60,630 nucleotides of DNA from an uncultured Pseudobutyrivibrio sp. (GTDB lineage: Bacteria > Bacillota > Clostridia > Lachnospirales > Lachnospiraceae): positions 1 to 60,630 of the forward strand of contig CAMEWP010000001.1 of assembly GCA_945946605.1 (NCBI GenBank). The letters are read 5' to 3'. Positions 10,457-23,232 of this stretch are shown here, one piece after another. The position numbers were made by a program, and so were the translations under genes. The notes below the pieces were generated by a model. It saw only the letters and a list, made by a program, of their open reading frames with translations. It had not been told where the DNA came from and did no database searches. Each line of letters opens with the position of its first letter. Position 1 is the first letter of the stretch.

Positions 10457-10472
10457 CCACAAGATATAGTGT
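10457..10472. promoter_or_regulatory. NrdR-box-like site upstream of dnaA
   Basis: CCACAAGATATAGTGT, 14/16 to acaCwAtATaTwGtgt. Confidence 0.55.
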
Positions 10473-10482
10473 TTCCACTGAA

Positions 10483-10551
10483 TTATCTACACATTGTGGA
10501 TAACTTTGTGGATAACTGTGGATAACTGTGGAAAACCCAATTTTATCCACA
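10483..10551. promoter_or_regulatory. DnaA-box cluster (oriC, upstream part)
   Basis: TTATCTACA 10483, TGTGGATAA 10495/10507/10517, TGTGGAAAA 10527, TTATCCACA 10543. Confidence 0.93.
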
Positions 10552-10704
10552 TTGCCCCAATAAAAGCCGTAACAGCTGAAATAAGGCATTTTTTTATTTC
10601 AGCTATCCCCCACACCTTTTCTATATTCCTGTTGAAAAAAAGGCTATTTTAGAGTAATATAGAAGATAGATTTTTTTCGATTTTTTTAAGAATGGAGTAC
10701 TTAC

Positions 10705-12072
10705 ATGAGTTTATTAACAGATAAATGGGACGAAATACTTTTATCCGTAAAAGATGAATACGACATTGCGGACATATCCTTTAAGACATGGCTGAAACCA
10801 TTACAGATTTTCTCAGAGGAAGGAAATAACCTCTATATTCTTTTTCCCTCAGGGGAAGCAGACCAGATCAGCCTGAATTACATCAGCAAAAAGTACTCTC
10901 TTTTCTTAAAGGAAGCAATTTCTTTATATGTAGGAGTTGACTATGATCTGCATTTTATCCTTCCAAAGGATGCCAATGCCTTAAAGCCTGAGACCGTTCA
11001 GGTCACTCAGCCTGCTCCCTCACATAAACATATGAAGTCTAACCTCAATATCAAATATACTTTTGATACCTTCGTAGTAGGTAACAGCAATAAATTTGCT
11101 CACACTGCTGCCCTTGCCGTAGCGGAATCACCGGGAGAATCCTACAATCCTCTCTATATCTATGGAGGACCGGGACTGGGTAAAACCCACCTGATGCATT
11201 CCATCGGTAATTTTATCTTAAGTGAACATCCGGATATGAATGTACTTTATGTAACTTCAGAAGAATTTACCAACGAGGTAATCGAATCCATCAGAAGTAC
11301 CAACAATTCCTCCTCCATGACTAAGTTCCGTGAAAAATACCGGTCTGTTGATGTTCTGATGATCGATGATATTCAGTTTATAATAGGAAAGGAAAGCACA
11401 CAGGAGGAGTTTTTCCACACCTTCAACGCCCTTCATTCTTCCGGAAAACAGATCATCCTTACCTCGGACAAACCTCCGAAAGATATGGAGATTCTGGAAG
11501 AAAGGATCCGTTCCCGTTTTGAATGGGGACTGATGGCTGATATCGGTTTCCCGGATTATGAAACAAGAATGGCGATTTTGCGGCGTAAAGTAGAATCTGA
11601 AAAGATTGAATTAAAGGATGAGATCCTTAACTATATTGCCGAAAATATTAAATCTAATATCCGTGAGATAGAAGGAGCCTTAAATAAGCTGATCGCCTAT
11701 TCCAACCTGGAAAAGACAGAGATCACAATGGAGATTGCTGAAAAAGAACTTCAGAATATCATTTCACCTGATAAACCAAAGGAGATTACTCCCCAGCTTA
11801 TCATTGAAGTTGTTTCTGAACATTATCAGATTTCCATTGATCAGATGGTTTCCAAATCCAGAAGCAACTCCATTGCCCGTCCCCGTCAGATCGCCATGTA
11901 TCTGTGCAAGACCATGACAGATACCGGACTTCAGGCCATTGGATCACTTCTTGGAGGAAGAGATCATTCCACCATTATCCACGGTGCTAATAAGATTGAG
12001 GAAGAATATAAGACGGATAAAGAACTTCAGATGCAGATTGATGCCATTAAGAAGAAGATTAATCCAAATTAA
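10705..12072 (+). CDS. dnaA: Chromosomal replication initiator
   Basis: YNPLYIYGGPGLGKTHL, DDIQF, QEEFFHTFN, GRDHSTIIH. Confidence 0.99.
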   Translation: MSLLTDKWDEILLSVKDEYDIADISFKTWLKPLQIFSEEGNNLYILFPSGEADQISLNYISKKYSLFLKEAISLYVGVDYDLHFILPKDANALKPETVQVTQPAPSHKHMKSNLNIKYTFDTFVVGNSNKFAHTAALAVAESPGESYNPLYIYGGPGLGKTHLMHSIGNFILSEHPDMNVLYVTSEEFTNEVIESIRSTNNSSSMTKFREKYRSVDVLMIDDIQFIIGKESTQEEFFHTFNALHSSGKQIILTSDKPPKDMEILEERIRSRFEWGLMADIGFPDYETRMAILRRKVESEKIELKDEILNYIAENIKSNIREIEGALNKLIAYSNLEKTEITMEIAEKELQNIISPDKPKEITPQLIIEVVSEHYQISIDQMVSKSRSNSIARPRQIAMYLCKTMTDTGLQAIGSLLGGRDHSTIIHGANKIEEEYKTDKELQMQIDAIKKKINPN

Positions 12073-12350
12073 ACACATACATTATAGTTTTACACATTAT
12101 ATTGTTGATAATATGTTAGTAATATGTTAGCAGCTGTTGATATGATGTTTATATCTAATTTTAAGCTGCGATTCAACGAGATCAACCATTTTAATTATTC
12201 ACATGTTATCAAGAAGCTATACCCCGGATTTCCACAAATTTTTCTAATAATTTTTCATGAAAAATCCTTTAATATCAAGGGGTACAAGCCTTATAAACAT
12301 ATAAACACCCCTTAATATTAAGACTTAGAAATAATAAATAATTATATTGC
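12073..12350. other. oriC downstream part (dnaA-dnaN spacer): degenerate DnaA boxes and AT-rich unwinding region
   Basis: TGTTGATAA 12103, TTATTCACA 12195, TTATAAACA 12291, a CCCC run, then AT-rich 12312-12348; gene strand switches across the dnaA region. Confidence 0.75.
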
Positions 12351-12378
12351 TGTAAACGGAAAGGAGTTACCAACCAAC

Positions 12379-13491
12379 ATGAAAATCACCTGTTCAAAAG
12401 CTAACTTGTTAAAAGGAGTTAATATTGTTTCCAAAGCCGTTCCTACCAGAACAACCATGGCTATTTTAGAGTGTATTCTCATTGATGCATCTGCAAGTGA
12501 GATCAAGCTGACAGCAAATGATATGGAGATCGGTATCGAGACCATTATAGATGGTACTATTGAAGAGAGAGGAATCATCGCGTTAGATGCAAAGATCTTC
12601 TCTGAGATCGTAAGAAAACTTCCGGACAATGATGTAACCATAGAAACAGATGCATCCTTTAAGACAGTGATCACCTGTGAGAAAGCAAAATTTAATATCA
12701 TTGGTAAATCCGGAGAAGATTTTTCCTATATTCCCATGATTCCCAGAAATGAACCGGTGATCATTTCCCAGTTTACCTTAAAGGAAGTGATTCGTCAGAC
12801 CATCTTTTCCATTGCAGATAACGAGAACAACAAATTGATGACAGGTGAGTTGTTTGAGATTAACGATAATAAATTAAAGGTTGTGTCATTGGATGGCCAT
12901 CGTATTTCCATCCGAAATATCGAGTTAAAGGAATCTTATGATCATAAGAAAGTGGTTGTGCCTGGAAAGACTCTGATTGAGATCAGTAAGATCATTCCCG
13001 GATCTGTAGATGAAGATGTATGTATTTACATTACAGATAATCACATTATCTTTGAATTTGAGAGAACCACAGTGGTATCCCGACTCATCGAGGGTGAATA
13101 TTTCAAGATCGATCAGATGCTTTCTTCTGATTATGAGACAAAGATTGTCATCAAGAAGAGAGAGCTGTTAGATTGTATTGATCGTGCCACACTTTTGGTA
13201 AAAGAGGGAGATAAGAAGCCCATCATCATGGATGTGACAGATGGAAACATGGAATTAAAGATCAATTCTTTTGTGGGATCCATGAATGAAGATATTGAGA
13301 TCACAAAAGAAGGAAGAGATATTTTAATTGGATTTAACCCCAAGTTTTTCATCGATGCCTTAAGAGTTATTGATGAAGAAAATATCACTCTGTATATGGT
13401 AAATCCAAAGGCTCCCTGTTTTATCCGAGATGATCAGGAAAAATTTATATATTTGATCCTTCCTGTAAATTTCAATGCGTCAGCTAATTAA
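12379..13491 (+). CDS. dnaN: DNA polymerase III beta clamp
   Basis: 370 aa, SLDGHRIS, RLIEGEY, GFNPKFFIDAL, LILPV. Confidence 0.98.
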   Translation: MKITCSKANLLKGVNIVSKAVPTRTTMAILECILIDASASEIKLTANDMEIGIETIIDGTIEERGIIALDAKIFSEIVRKLPDNDVTIETDASFKTVITCEKAKFNIIGKSGEDFSYIPMIPRNEPVIISQFTLKEVIRQTIFSIADNENNKLMTGELFEINDNKLKVVSLDGHRISIRNIELKESYDHKKVVVPGKTLIEISKIIPGSVDEDVCIYITDNHIIFEFERTTVVSRLIEGEYFKIDQMLSSDYETKIVIKKRELLDCIDRATLLVKEGDKKPIIMDVTDGNMELKINSFVGSMNEDIEITKEGRDILIGFNPKFFIDALRVIDEENITLYMVNPKAPCFIRDDQEKFIYLILPVNFNASAN

Positions 13492-13505
13492 GGGGAGATT
13501 TTCAT

Positions 13506-13721
13506 ATGAGAGAGATTGCAATTCGTGAAGGTGAAGAATTTATTAAATTAGGACAGCTGTTAAAAAAAGCAGATATGGTGAGTTCCGGCGTTGATGCCAA
13601 GATGCTGATCCAGGATGGAGAAGTTCTTGTGAATGGAGAAGTGGAAGACAGAAGAGGCAGAAAGCTTTACGATGGAGATGAAGTAACCTTTGATGGTGAA
13701 ACAGTGAAAGTTGTCAGATGA
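13506..13721 (+). CDS. S4-domain RNA-binding protein (YaaA-like)
   Basis: FIKLGQLLK, VNGEVEDRRGRKL; position between dnaN and recF. Confidence 0.92.
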   Translation: MREIAIREGEEFIKLGQLLKKADMVSSGVDAKMLIQDGEVLVNGEVEDRRGRKLYDGDEVTFDGETVKVVR

Positions 13722-14800
13722 TCATTAAATCCATAGAATGTAACAATTTTCGTAATTATGAATATCTGAATATTTCCTTTGATGAAGGCACCAATATTTT
13801 ATATGGTGATAATGCCCAGGGAAAAACAAATATTTTGGAAGCTGCTTATATGAGCGGAACCACTAAATCCCATAAGGGAAGTAAGGATAAAGAGATGATC
13901 CGGTTTGGTGAATCGGAAGCTCATATCAGAACCCTGGTATTAAAAGGAGAGAAAGAATATCAGATTGATCTTCATCTGAAAAAAAATAAAACAAAGGGAA
14001 TTGCCATTAATAAGATTCCCATAAAAAAAGCCAGTGAACTGTTTGGAATTTTAAATATTATTTTCTTTTCTCCGGAAGATCTAAACATTATAAAAAATGG
14101 TCCGGCTGACAGAAGAAAATTTATGGACGCAGAATTGTGTCAGCTGGATAAGATTTATCTTTCCGATCTTACAAATTATCATAAAGTACTGAATCAGAGA
14201 AATCAGCTGTTAAAGGATATTTCTTTTCATCCTGAATTAAAGGAAACACTTCCTGTATGGGATATGCAGCTGATCCGTTACGGAAGAGAGATCATCAAGA
14301 GAAGACAGCAGTTTATCACATCTTTGAATGAGATCGTATATGATATTCATCATAAAATCTCCGGTGGAAGAGAAGAAATTCATCTGAAATATGAACCGAA
14401 TATAGATGATATTTTTTTTGAAGATGAATTGATCCGGGCAAAAGAAAAAGATTTAAGATTTGGACAAACTTCAGTTGGACCTCATAGAGATGATATTAAA
14501 ATTTCCGTTGGAGATATAGATATTCGTCGTTTTGGATCCCAGGGGCAGCAGAGAACCTGTGCTCTTTCTTTAAAATTATCGGAGATTAAGTTAGTGGAAC
14601 AGACGATTCATGATAAGCCGGTACTTCTGTTAGATGATGTACTTTCTGAGTTAGATCATAATCGTCAGAATTATTTATTGAACAGTCTTAGTGACACCCA
14701 GACCGTTATTACCTGTACCGGTTTGGACGATTTTGTAAAAAATAGATTTACCCTGAATAAGGTATATGAAGTGGTGAACGGAACCGTTCATGAAAAATAA
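13718..14800 (+). CDS. recF: DNA replication/repair protein RecF
   Basis: GDNAQGKTN, GPHRDD, GSQGQQR, LLLDDVLSELD. Confidence 0.98.
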   Translation: MIIKSIECNNFRNYEYLNISFDEGTNILYGDNAQGKTNILEAAYMSGTTKSHKGSKDKEMIRFGESEAHIRTLVLKGEKEYQIDLHLKKNKTKGIAINKIPIKKASELFGILNIIFFSPEDLNIIKNGPADRRKFMDAELCQLDKIYLSDLTNYHKVLNQRNQLLKDISFHPELKETLPVWDMQLIRYGREIIKRRQQFITSLNEIVYDIHHKISGGREEIHLKYEPNIDDIFFEDELIRAKEKDLRFGQTSVGPHRDDIKISVGDIDIRRFGSQGQQRTCALSLKLSEIKLVEQTIHDKPVLLLDDVLSELDHNRQNYLLNSLSDTQTVITCTGLDDFVKNRFTLNKVYEVVNGTVHEK

Positions 14801-14806
14801 GAGTGA

Positions 14807-16750
<1,944 letters not shown>

Positions 16751-16768
16751 TTAGGAGGACACAACAAG

Positions 16769-19291
16769 ATGGATGACAAAATATTTGATCAGATCCATGA
16801 GGTGGATCTGAAAAAAACAATGGAAAGCTCATATATCGATTATGCTATGAGTGTTATTGCCAGCCGTGCTCTTCCGGATGTAAGAGATGGTCTGAAGCCG
16901 GTACAGCGTCGTGTTCTTTATTCTATGATCGAGCTGAATAACGGACCGGACAAGCCTCACAGAAAATGTGCCCGTATCGTCGGTGATACCATGGGTAAAT
17001 ATCATCCTCATGGTGACAGTTCCATTTACGGTGCATTGGTAAATATGGCCCAGGAGTGGTCTACAAGATATCCACTGGTAGACGGACATGGAAACTTTGG
17101 TTCTGTGGACGGAGACGGTGCGGCAGCTATGCGATATACAGAAGCAAGACTTAGCAAGATATCCATGGCAATGCTGGAAGATATCAACAAAGATACTGTT
17201 GATTTTATGCCGAACTTTGATGAGACAGAGAAGGAACCGGTGGTTCTTCCCAGCCGTTATCCCAATCTTCTGGTGAACGGTACAACCGGAATTGCGGTTG
17301 GTATGGCAACCAATATTCCCCCTCACAATCTTCGTGAAGTAGTGAATGCAGTGGTAAAGATCATTGATAATCAGGTGGAAGAAGATCGTGACACAGATCT
17401 GGATGAACTTCTTCAGATTGTTCAGGGACCTGATTTTCCTACCGGCGGAACCATTTTAGGCCACGCGGGAATTGATGAAGCATATCGTACCGGACGTGGC
17501 AAGATCCGTGTCCGTGCGGTGACAGATATTGAACCTATGGCTAATGGAAAGAACCGTATCGTAGTAACGGAACTTCCCTACATGGTGAATAAAGCCCGGC
17601 TCATCGAGAAGATTGCAGAACTGGTAAAAGATAAAAAAGTAGATGGAATTACAGACCTTCGTGATGAATCTTCCCGTGAAGGAATGAGAATCTGTATTGA
17701 GCTGAGAAGAGATGTAAATCCTACCGTTGTATTAAATACACTGTTCAAACATACACAGCTTCAGGATACTTTTGGTGTGATCATGCTGGCTCTTGTAAAT
17801 AATGAGCCGAAGATTTTAAACCTGAAGGAGATGCTCTACTATTATCTGGAACATCAGAAAGATGTAGTAACCAGAAGAACAAAATATGATCTGAATAAAG
17901 CAGAAGAAAGAGCCCATATTTTGCAGGGATTGCTTATTGCTTTGGATAATATTGACGAAGTGATCCAGATCATCCGTAATTCTGAAAATGTTACAGCAGC
18001 GAAACTGCAGTTAATGGAGAGATTCTCTTTAAGTGATGCTCAGGCACAGGCTATCGTGGATATGCGTCTGCGTGCACTGACAGGTCTGGAAAGAAGCAAG
18101 CTGGAAGCAGAATACAAAGAACTGCAGATCAGAATCGCTGAATTGAAAGCTATTCTTGCAGATGAGAAGAGACTTCTTACTGTAATCAAGGAAGAGATCA
18201 GCCTCATCGCAGAAAAATATGGTGATGAAAGAAGAACTTCCATCGGTTTTGATGAATATGATATTTCCATGGAAGATCTGATCCCGGTTACCAATACCGT
18301 GGTAACATTCACAAAACTTGGTTATATCAAGAGAATGAATGTGGATAACTTTAAGGCGCAGCATCGCGGCGGTAAAGGAATCAAGGGAATGGAGACCATT
18401 GAGGATGACTATATCGTGGAAATGATGATGACCACATCCCATCATTACCTGATGTTCTTTACCAATATGGGAAGAGTTTACCGTCTGAAAGCATACGAGA
18501 TTCCGGAATGTTCCAGAACAGCACGTGGAACCGCCATTGTGAACCTGTTGCAGCTGCAGCCGGAAGAGAAGATCACATCCATGATTCCCTTAAAGGAATA
18601 CAGAGATGATGAATTCCTTTTCATGGCTACAAAGAAAGGTATCGTAAAGAAAACTAGACTTTCCGAATACGCAAATATCCGAAAGACAGGATTGACAGCC
18701 ATCAATTTACGTGAAGATGATAAACTCATTGAAGTGAAGAAGACCAATAACGAAGAAGATATTATTCTTATCACAAAATTTGGTCAGTGTATCCGTTTCC
18801 ATGAAAAGGATGTGCGTAATACAGGAAGAGCATCCATGGGTGTCATCGGTATGAATCTCTCCGATCAGGATGACGTCATCGCTATGCAGCTGGCTTCCCA
18901 GGGAGATTCTCTGATGATCGTATCAGCAAGAGGCCTTGGAAAGTGCACTTTAACATCTGAATTTACCACACAGAATCGTGGCGGTAAGGGTGTAAAATGT
19001 TATAAGATCACCGAAAAGACAGGTAATATTGTAGGTGCAAAGGCTGTCAATGAAGATGATGAAGTAATGCTGATCACCACAGAAGGTATCATCATAAGGA
19101 TTAAGGTAAATGATACCGCATTGTTAGGAAGAGTTACCTCCGGTGTGAAACTGATGAACTTGAAGGATGATGTGGTGATTGCCAGCATCGCAAAGGTTCG
19201 CAAAGATGATACCATTTTAGAAGAGTCTCAGGAAGAAGTTTTGGAAGAAACACAGGAAGAACCGGAAGCAGAAGAATCAGAGGATAAATAA
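16769..19291 (+). CDS. gyrA: DNA gyrase subunit A
   Basis: [15 protein letters not shown], GyrA-box QHRGGKG, acidic tail. Confidence 0.99.
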   Translation: MDDKIFDQIHEVDLKKTMESSYIDYAMSVIASRALPDVRDGLKPVQRRVLYSMIELNNGPDKPHRKCARIVGDTMGKYHPHGDSSIYGALVNMAQEWSTRYPLVDGHGNFGSVDGDGAAAMRYTEARLSKISMAMLEDINKDTVDFMPNFDETEKEPVVLPSRYPNLLVNGTTGIAVGMATNIPPHNLREVVNAVVKIIDNQVEEDRDTDLDELLQIVQGPDFPTGGTILGHAGIDEAYRTGRGKIRVRAVTDIEPMANGKNRIVVTELPYMVNKARLIEKIAELVKDKKVDGITDLRDESSREGMRICIELRRDVNPTVVLNTLFKHTQLQDTFGVIMLALVNNEPKILNLKEMLYYYLEHQKDVVTRRTKYDLNKAEERAHILQGLLIALDNIDEVIQIIRNSENVTAAKLQLMERFSLSDAQAQAIVDMRLRALTGLERSKLEAEYKELQIRIAELKAILADEKRLLTVIKEEISLIAEKYGDERRTSIGFDEYDISMEDLIPVTNTVVTFTKLGYIKRMNVDNFKAQHRGGKGIKGMETIEDDYIVEMMMTTSHHYLMFFTNMGRVYRLKAYEIPECSRTARGTAIVNLLQLQPEEKITSMIPLKEYRDDEFLFMATKKGIVKKTRLSEYANIRKTGLTAINLREDDKLIEVKKTNNEEDIILITKFGQCIRFHEKDVRNTGRASMGVIGMNLSDQDDVIAMQLASQGDSLMIVSARGLGKCTLTSEFTTQNRGGKGVKCYKITEKTGNIVGAKAVNEDDEVMLITTEGIIIRIKVNDTALLGRVTSGVKLMNLKDDVVIASIAKVRKDDTILEESQEEVLEETQEEPEAEESEDK

Positions 19292-19303
19292 AGGAAGTAT
19301 GAA

Positions 19304-20149
19304 ATGGTAAGAGATATATCGGTTCATCAGGTTACAGATCATCTTGCAGATATGTGTATTCAGGCAAATCATTATTTGTCAAAGGATATGGACTGCAGAT
19401 TAAAACAGGCCACAGAGGAGGAAAAATCTCCTCTTGGCCGAAAAATACTGAATCAGCTTCAGGAAAATCTTCAGATTGCAGATCAGGAGATGATCCCAAT
19501 CTGTCAGGATACAGGAATGGCAGTGGTATTTCTGGAGATAGGTCAGGATGTTCATTTTGTTGACGGTGATCTGACGGAGGCTGTGAATGAAGGAATCCGC
19601 CGAGGATATGTGGATGGATATCTTCGCAAATCAGTGGTAGGAGATCCCATTGAGAGAGTAAATACAAAGGACAATACACCGGCTGTTATTCACACTTCCA
19701 TTGTAAAAGGAGATCAGGTAAAGATTACACTGGCTCCGAAAGGATTTGGAAGTGAAAATATGAGCCGTGTATTTATGCTGAAACCGGCTGACGGAATTGA
19801 GGGTGTCAAAGATGCCATTCTTACCGCAGTGAAAGATGCAGGCCCCAATGCCTGTCCTCCCATGGTGGTGGGAGTTGGAATCGGGGGGACTTTTGAAAAA
19901 TGTGCCCTCATGGCGAAACAGGCATTGACCAGAAATCTGGATGAAAAGCCGGAAACACCCTGGGTAAGAGAACTGGAAGAGGAGATGCTTTATAAAATTA
20001 ATTGTCTTGGTATCGGACCCGGAGGATTGGGAGGCAGCACTACAGCTCTTGCAGTAAATATTAATACTTATCCAACCCATATTGCAGGACTTCCGGTGGC
20101 GGTAAATATCTGTTGTCATGTGAATCGCCATGTGACAGAGATCATTTAG
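19304..20149 (+). CDS. Class I fumarate hydratase (Fe-S hydro-lyase) alpha subunit
   Basis: PICQDTG, KGFGSEN, NACPP, ICCHVNRH; tartrate dehydratase not excluded. Confidence 0.88.
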   Translation: MVRDISVHQVTDHLADMCIQANHYLSKDMDCRLKQATEEEKSPLGRKILNQLQENLQIADQEMIPICQDTGMAVVFLEIGQDVHFVDGDLTEAVNEGIRRGYVDGYLRKSVVGDPIERVNTKDNTPAVIHTSIVKGDQVKITLAPKGFGSENMSRVFMLKPADGIEGVKDAILTAVKDAGPNACPPMVVGVGIGGTFEKCALMAKQALTRNLDEKPETPWVRELEEEMLYKINCLGIGPGGLGGSTTALAVNINTYPTHIAGLPVAVNICCHVNRHVTEII

Positions 20150-20176
20150 TTTTAAACAGAATGAGATGGAGTAAAG

Positions 20177-20728
20177 ATGGATCAGTATATTCATACACCA
20201 ATTACAGAAGAAGTAACGGCGGATCTTCGGGCAGGGGATTATGTTTATATTACAGGAACACTTTATGTAGCCCGGGATGCAGCACATAAGAGAATGATGG
20301 AAGCACTGGATCGCGGAGATGAACTGCCTATAGATATAAAGGATGCGACAATTTATTACATGGGACCTTCTCCGGCCAGAGAGGGAAGACCCATTGGGTC
20401 TGCAGGACCTACAACAGCCAGCCGGATGGATAAGTATGCTCCCCGGTTGCTTGATCTGGGACAGAAGGCCATGATCGGAAAAGGAAAAAGAACAAAGGAA
20501 GTGTTGGATGCCGTAGTAAGAAACCATGCCGTGTATTTTGCAGCGGTAGGCGGTGCCGGGGCACTTCTCTCCAAGTGTATCAAAAAATCAGAGATTGTAT
20601 GTTACGAAGATCTTGGAGCAGAAGCCATCCGCAAAATAGAAGTGGAAAATTTTCCTGTTATTGTTGTGGCTGATCGTTATGGCAATAATTTGTACGAAAC
20701 AGCAGTAAAAGAATACGCTGTCATATAG
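20177..20728 (+). CDS. Class I fumarate hydratase beta subunit
   Basis: ARDAAHKR, GPTTASRMD, MIGKG, DLGAEAI. Confidence 0.88.
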   Translation: MDQYIHTPITEEVTADLRAGDYVYITGTLYVARDAAHKRMMEALDRGDELPIDIKDATIYYMGPSPAREGRPIGSAGPTTASRMDKYAPRLLDLGQKAMIGKGKRTKEVLDAVVRNHAVYFAAVGGAGALLSKCIKKSEIVCYEDLGAEAIRKIEVENFPVIVVADRYGNNLYETAVKEYAVI

Positions 20729-20732
20729 GAAC

Positions 20733-21476
20733 ATGATGAAAAAAGATAATCTGGAACAACTGGAAGAAGATGCTATCCATTCCGGGCACAGCGATGATTA
20801 CATTTCCTTTACCAATCGCTGTAAAGATCAGTGGTATGATGGAATTTTTTCTCTGGATGAGGATTCTTATGAAAATAGAAGTACCCATAAAGATGAAAAA
20901 GAAGATTATACGGATCTGATCACCAGTATCACAAAGGATCAGGGTCTTTTAAAATTATATCAGGCTGTGAGTTTTTCCCTTCTTGCAGAGGAAGGAAAAA
21001 AGAGAGGATTGCCGGAAGAGGTTGCATCCTCTCTGGTGAGGAATGCATTGATCGGTCTGAATCATGCTCATACCACAGATCAGTTAGTAGAATGCAGTCA
21101 ATGGATAGAAAAGAGATTTCATGATAAGTATGTTGAGTTTCATTACGAAAAATATTCTTATCATGTAAAGAAAGCTGTTGAATTGATCTATCAGTATAAA
21201 AGAAAACAGATTTCTTTAGAAAAGATAGCAGGTGATCTGAAATTAAACCCATCCTATTTGTCCCGTATCTTTAAAAAAGAAACAGGAAAAACCGTGTCAG
21301 AATATATTCTGATGGTAAAGATGGATCAGGCGAAGCTGTTGATGGAAAGCGGAGTATACCAGTTGCACGAGGTCAGTGAATTGATGGGTTACAGCAGTTA
21401 TACTTATTTTTCCCAAAGATTTAAAAAGTATTTTGGTGTTTCCCCGGAACAATATTTAAAAGAAAATCGTTCATAA
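20733..21476 (+). CDS. AraC-family transcriptional regulator
   Basis: C-terminal double HTH (NPSYLSRIFKKETG ... YFSQRFKKYFGVSP). Confidence 0.93.
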   Translation: MMKKDNLEQLEEDAIHSGHSDDYISFTNRCKDQWYDGIFSLDEDSYENRSTHKDEKEDYTDLITSITKDQGLLKLYQAVSFSLLAEEGKKRGLPEEVASSLVRNALIGLNHAHTTDQLVECSQWIEKRFHDKYVEFHYEKYSYHVKKAVELIYQYKRKQISLEKIAGDLKLNPSYLSRIFKKETGKTVSEYILMVKMDQAKLLMESGVYQLHEVSELMGYSSYTYFSQRFKKYFGVSPEQYLKENRS

Positions 21477-21491
21477 GGAATAAATGTTTAG

Positions 21492-21525
21492 AAAAACTGT
21501 GAGATATGTCACAGTTTTTTCTTTT
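21492..21525 (+). terminator. Inverted repeat after araC (terminator and/or operator)
   Basis: AAAAACTGTGA-GATATG-TCACAGTTTTT followed by T-rich run. Confidence 0.5.
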
Positions 21526-21616
21526 GAAGAAAAAGTAAAAAAATATATAGAAAAGAAAAAATATATTATATTTCAAAAATGGATTGTCCCATAATAAAGA
21601 AAAAAGGAGAAATGCC

Positions 21617-23203
21617 ATGAGTCAAAAAGGATATAACCCGATTCTTCCTTTGGATGAGTATATTCCGGATGGAGAACCTCATGTATTTGGTGATCGTATT
21701 TATCTGTTCGGATCGCATGATACAGAGGGAGGTCTTAGGTATTGCGCTGAGGAAAATTATGTGGGATGGTCAGCCCCAGTATCAAATCCTACCGAATGGA
21801 GATATGAGGGGATTTTGTATGAAGCAAAGCAGGATCCCGATTATCAGCCCGGTGAACATAATGATCTGTATGCGCCGGATGTAGTAAGGGGAAATGACGG
21901 CAGATATTATCTGTATTATAACTTTGTGTGCTCCGGATCTGCAGCTTCCTTTCATGATTCCGTGAAGGTGGCTGTATGTGATACTCCGGTAGGAAAATAT
22001 GAATATCTGGGATTTGTAAAAAATCCGGATGGAACACCACAGAAGGAATACCTTATGGGTGATCCGGCAGTGATCAATGATGATGGAGTCATTCGTCTTT
22101 ACTGCGGCTGGTCTCTTTCCATGGTAGCTGCAGGTGCCCATGCCCAGGGAAGGGGAATGGAAGACGAGGAAAAGCAGGATTATAAAGCCGCGGAACAAAA
22201 GCAGCAGGCAGCGCCACAGATGCCGGAGCCGGGATCTGAAGCAATGAAATATGCACTGGCTTCCGTATACAAAATGCTGTTCCATCGGGATGAGGAAGCA
22301 ACAAAAGATTTAAAGTATCCCCTGATGGGAGCCAATGTCATGGAACTGGAAGATGACATGATGACAGTAAAGGGAGAAGTCAAAAGAATCGTTGCCGGTC
22401 AGTTTGACACTCCAAAAGACAGTGAATTTTTTGGTCATGCTTTTTATGAGGCTGCTTCTATCCGCAAGATCAACGGAACATATTATTTCATCTATTCTTC
22501 CGAAAACAGTAATGAGTTATGCTACGCCATCAGTGATAAACCGGATCAGGATTTTCATTATGGCGGAACCATCATTTCCAATGGAGATGTTGGTTATGAA
22601 GGAAGAAAAGCGGAAGACAGGCTTAATATGACAGCAAATGATCATGGAAGCTTGGAATGCATCAATGGACAATGGTATATTTTCCATCATCGTCAGACCC
22701 ACAAATCCACATTCAGCCGTCAGGCCTGTGCGGAAAAAGTAGAAATTCAGCCGGACGGAAGCATTCCGCAGGTAGAATGTACCAGTATGGGATTAAGAGA
22801 AGGCCTTTTGCAGCCAGAAGGACAATATCCGGCGGTGATTTCCTGTGTACTTACCAATGGTCATATGCCTCATTGTACCAATACCAGATTGGAAGATGAT
22901 ATCCCCTGCATTACAGACAGTGATGGAGAGCGTTATATTACAGACATTACCCATGGAACCAAAATAGGATACAAGTATTTTGATTTTAATGGATCCTATG
23001 ATCTAGAAATCACTTATCGCGGTAAAGGAACAGGAAAGATGGAAGTTTATTCCTCTCATCAGTTGCTGGGTGTTATAGATTGTAAAGAATCCGGTGAATG
23101 GACAAAAGCAAAAACAAAGATCTGTGTAAATGGAAAAGAGCCCTTATTCTTCTGTTTCACCGGTGAGGGAAAGATGGATTTACTTTCTTTTCAGTTTTGT
23201 TAG
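21617..23203 (+). CDS. Glycoside hydrolase family 43 with C-terminal beta-sandwich/CBM-like domain
   Basis: YIPDGEPHVF, LYAPDVV, DPAV, FYEAASIRK; start behind AGGAG; no signal peptide seen. Confidence 0.85.
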   Translation: MSQKGYNPILPLDEYIPDGEPHVFGDRIYLFGSHDTEGGLRYCAEENYVGWSAPVSNPTEWRYEGILYEAKQDPDYQPGEHNDLYAPDVVRGNDGRYYLYYNFVCSGSAASFHDSVKVAVCDTPVGKYEYLGFVKNPDGTPQKEYLMGDPAVINDDGVIRLYCGWSLSMVAAGAHAQGRGMEDEEKQDYKAAEQKQQAAPQMPEPGSEAMKYALASVYKMLFHRDEEATKDLKYPLMGANVMELEDDMMTVKGEVKRIVAGQFDTPKDSEFFGHAFYEAASIRKINGTYYFIYSSENSNELCYAISDKPDQDFHYGGTIISNGDVGYEGRKAEDRLNMTANDHGSLECINGQWYIFHHRQTHKSTFSRQACAEKVEIQPDGSIPQVECTSMGLREGLLQPEGQYPAVISCVLTNGHMPHCTNTRLEDDIPCITDSDGERYITDITHGTKIGYKYFDFNGSYDLEITYRGKGTGKMEVYSSHQLLGVIDCKESGEWTKAKTKICVNGKEPLFFCFTGEGKMDLLSFQFC

Positions 23204-23232
23204 TTTTTTAGTCATAGAAAAGGAGATTTATT

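Noticed and set aside
10495-10535. Short tandem repeats as CRISPR or iterons
   Set aside because: They are DnaA boxes; no spacers and no cas genes in the window.
10407-10589. 60-aa ORF across the DnaA boxes, and similar short ORFs at 11939-12315
   Set aside because: By-products of oriC sequence; no SD or recognisable motif.
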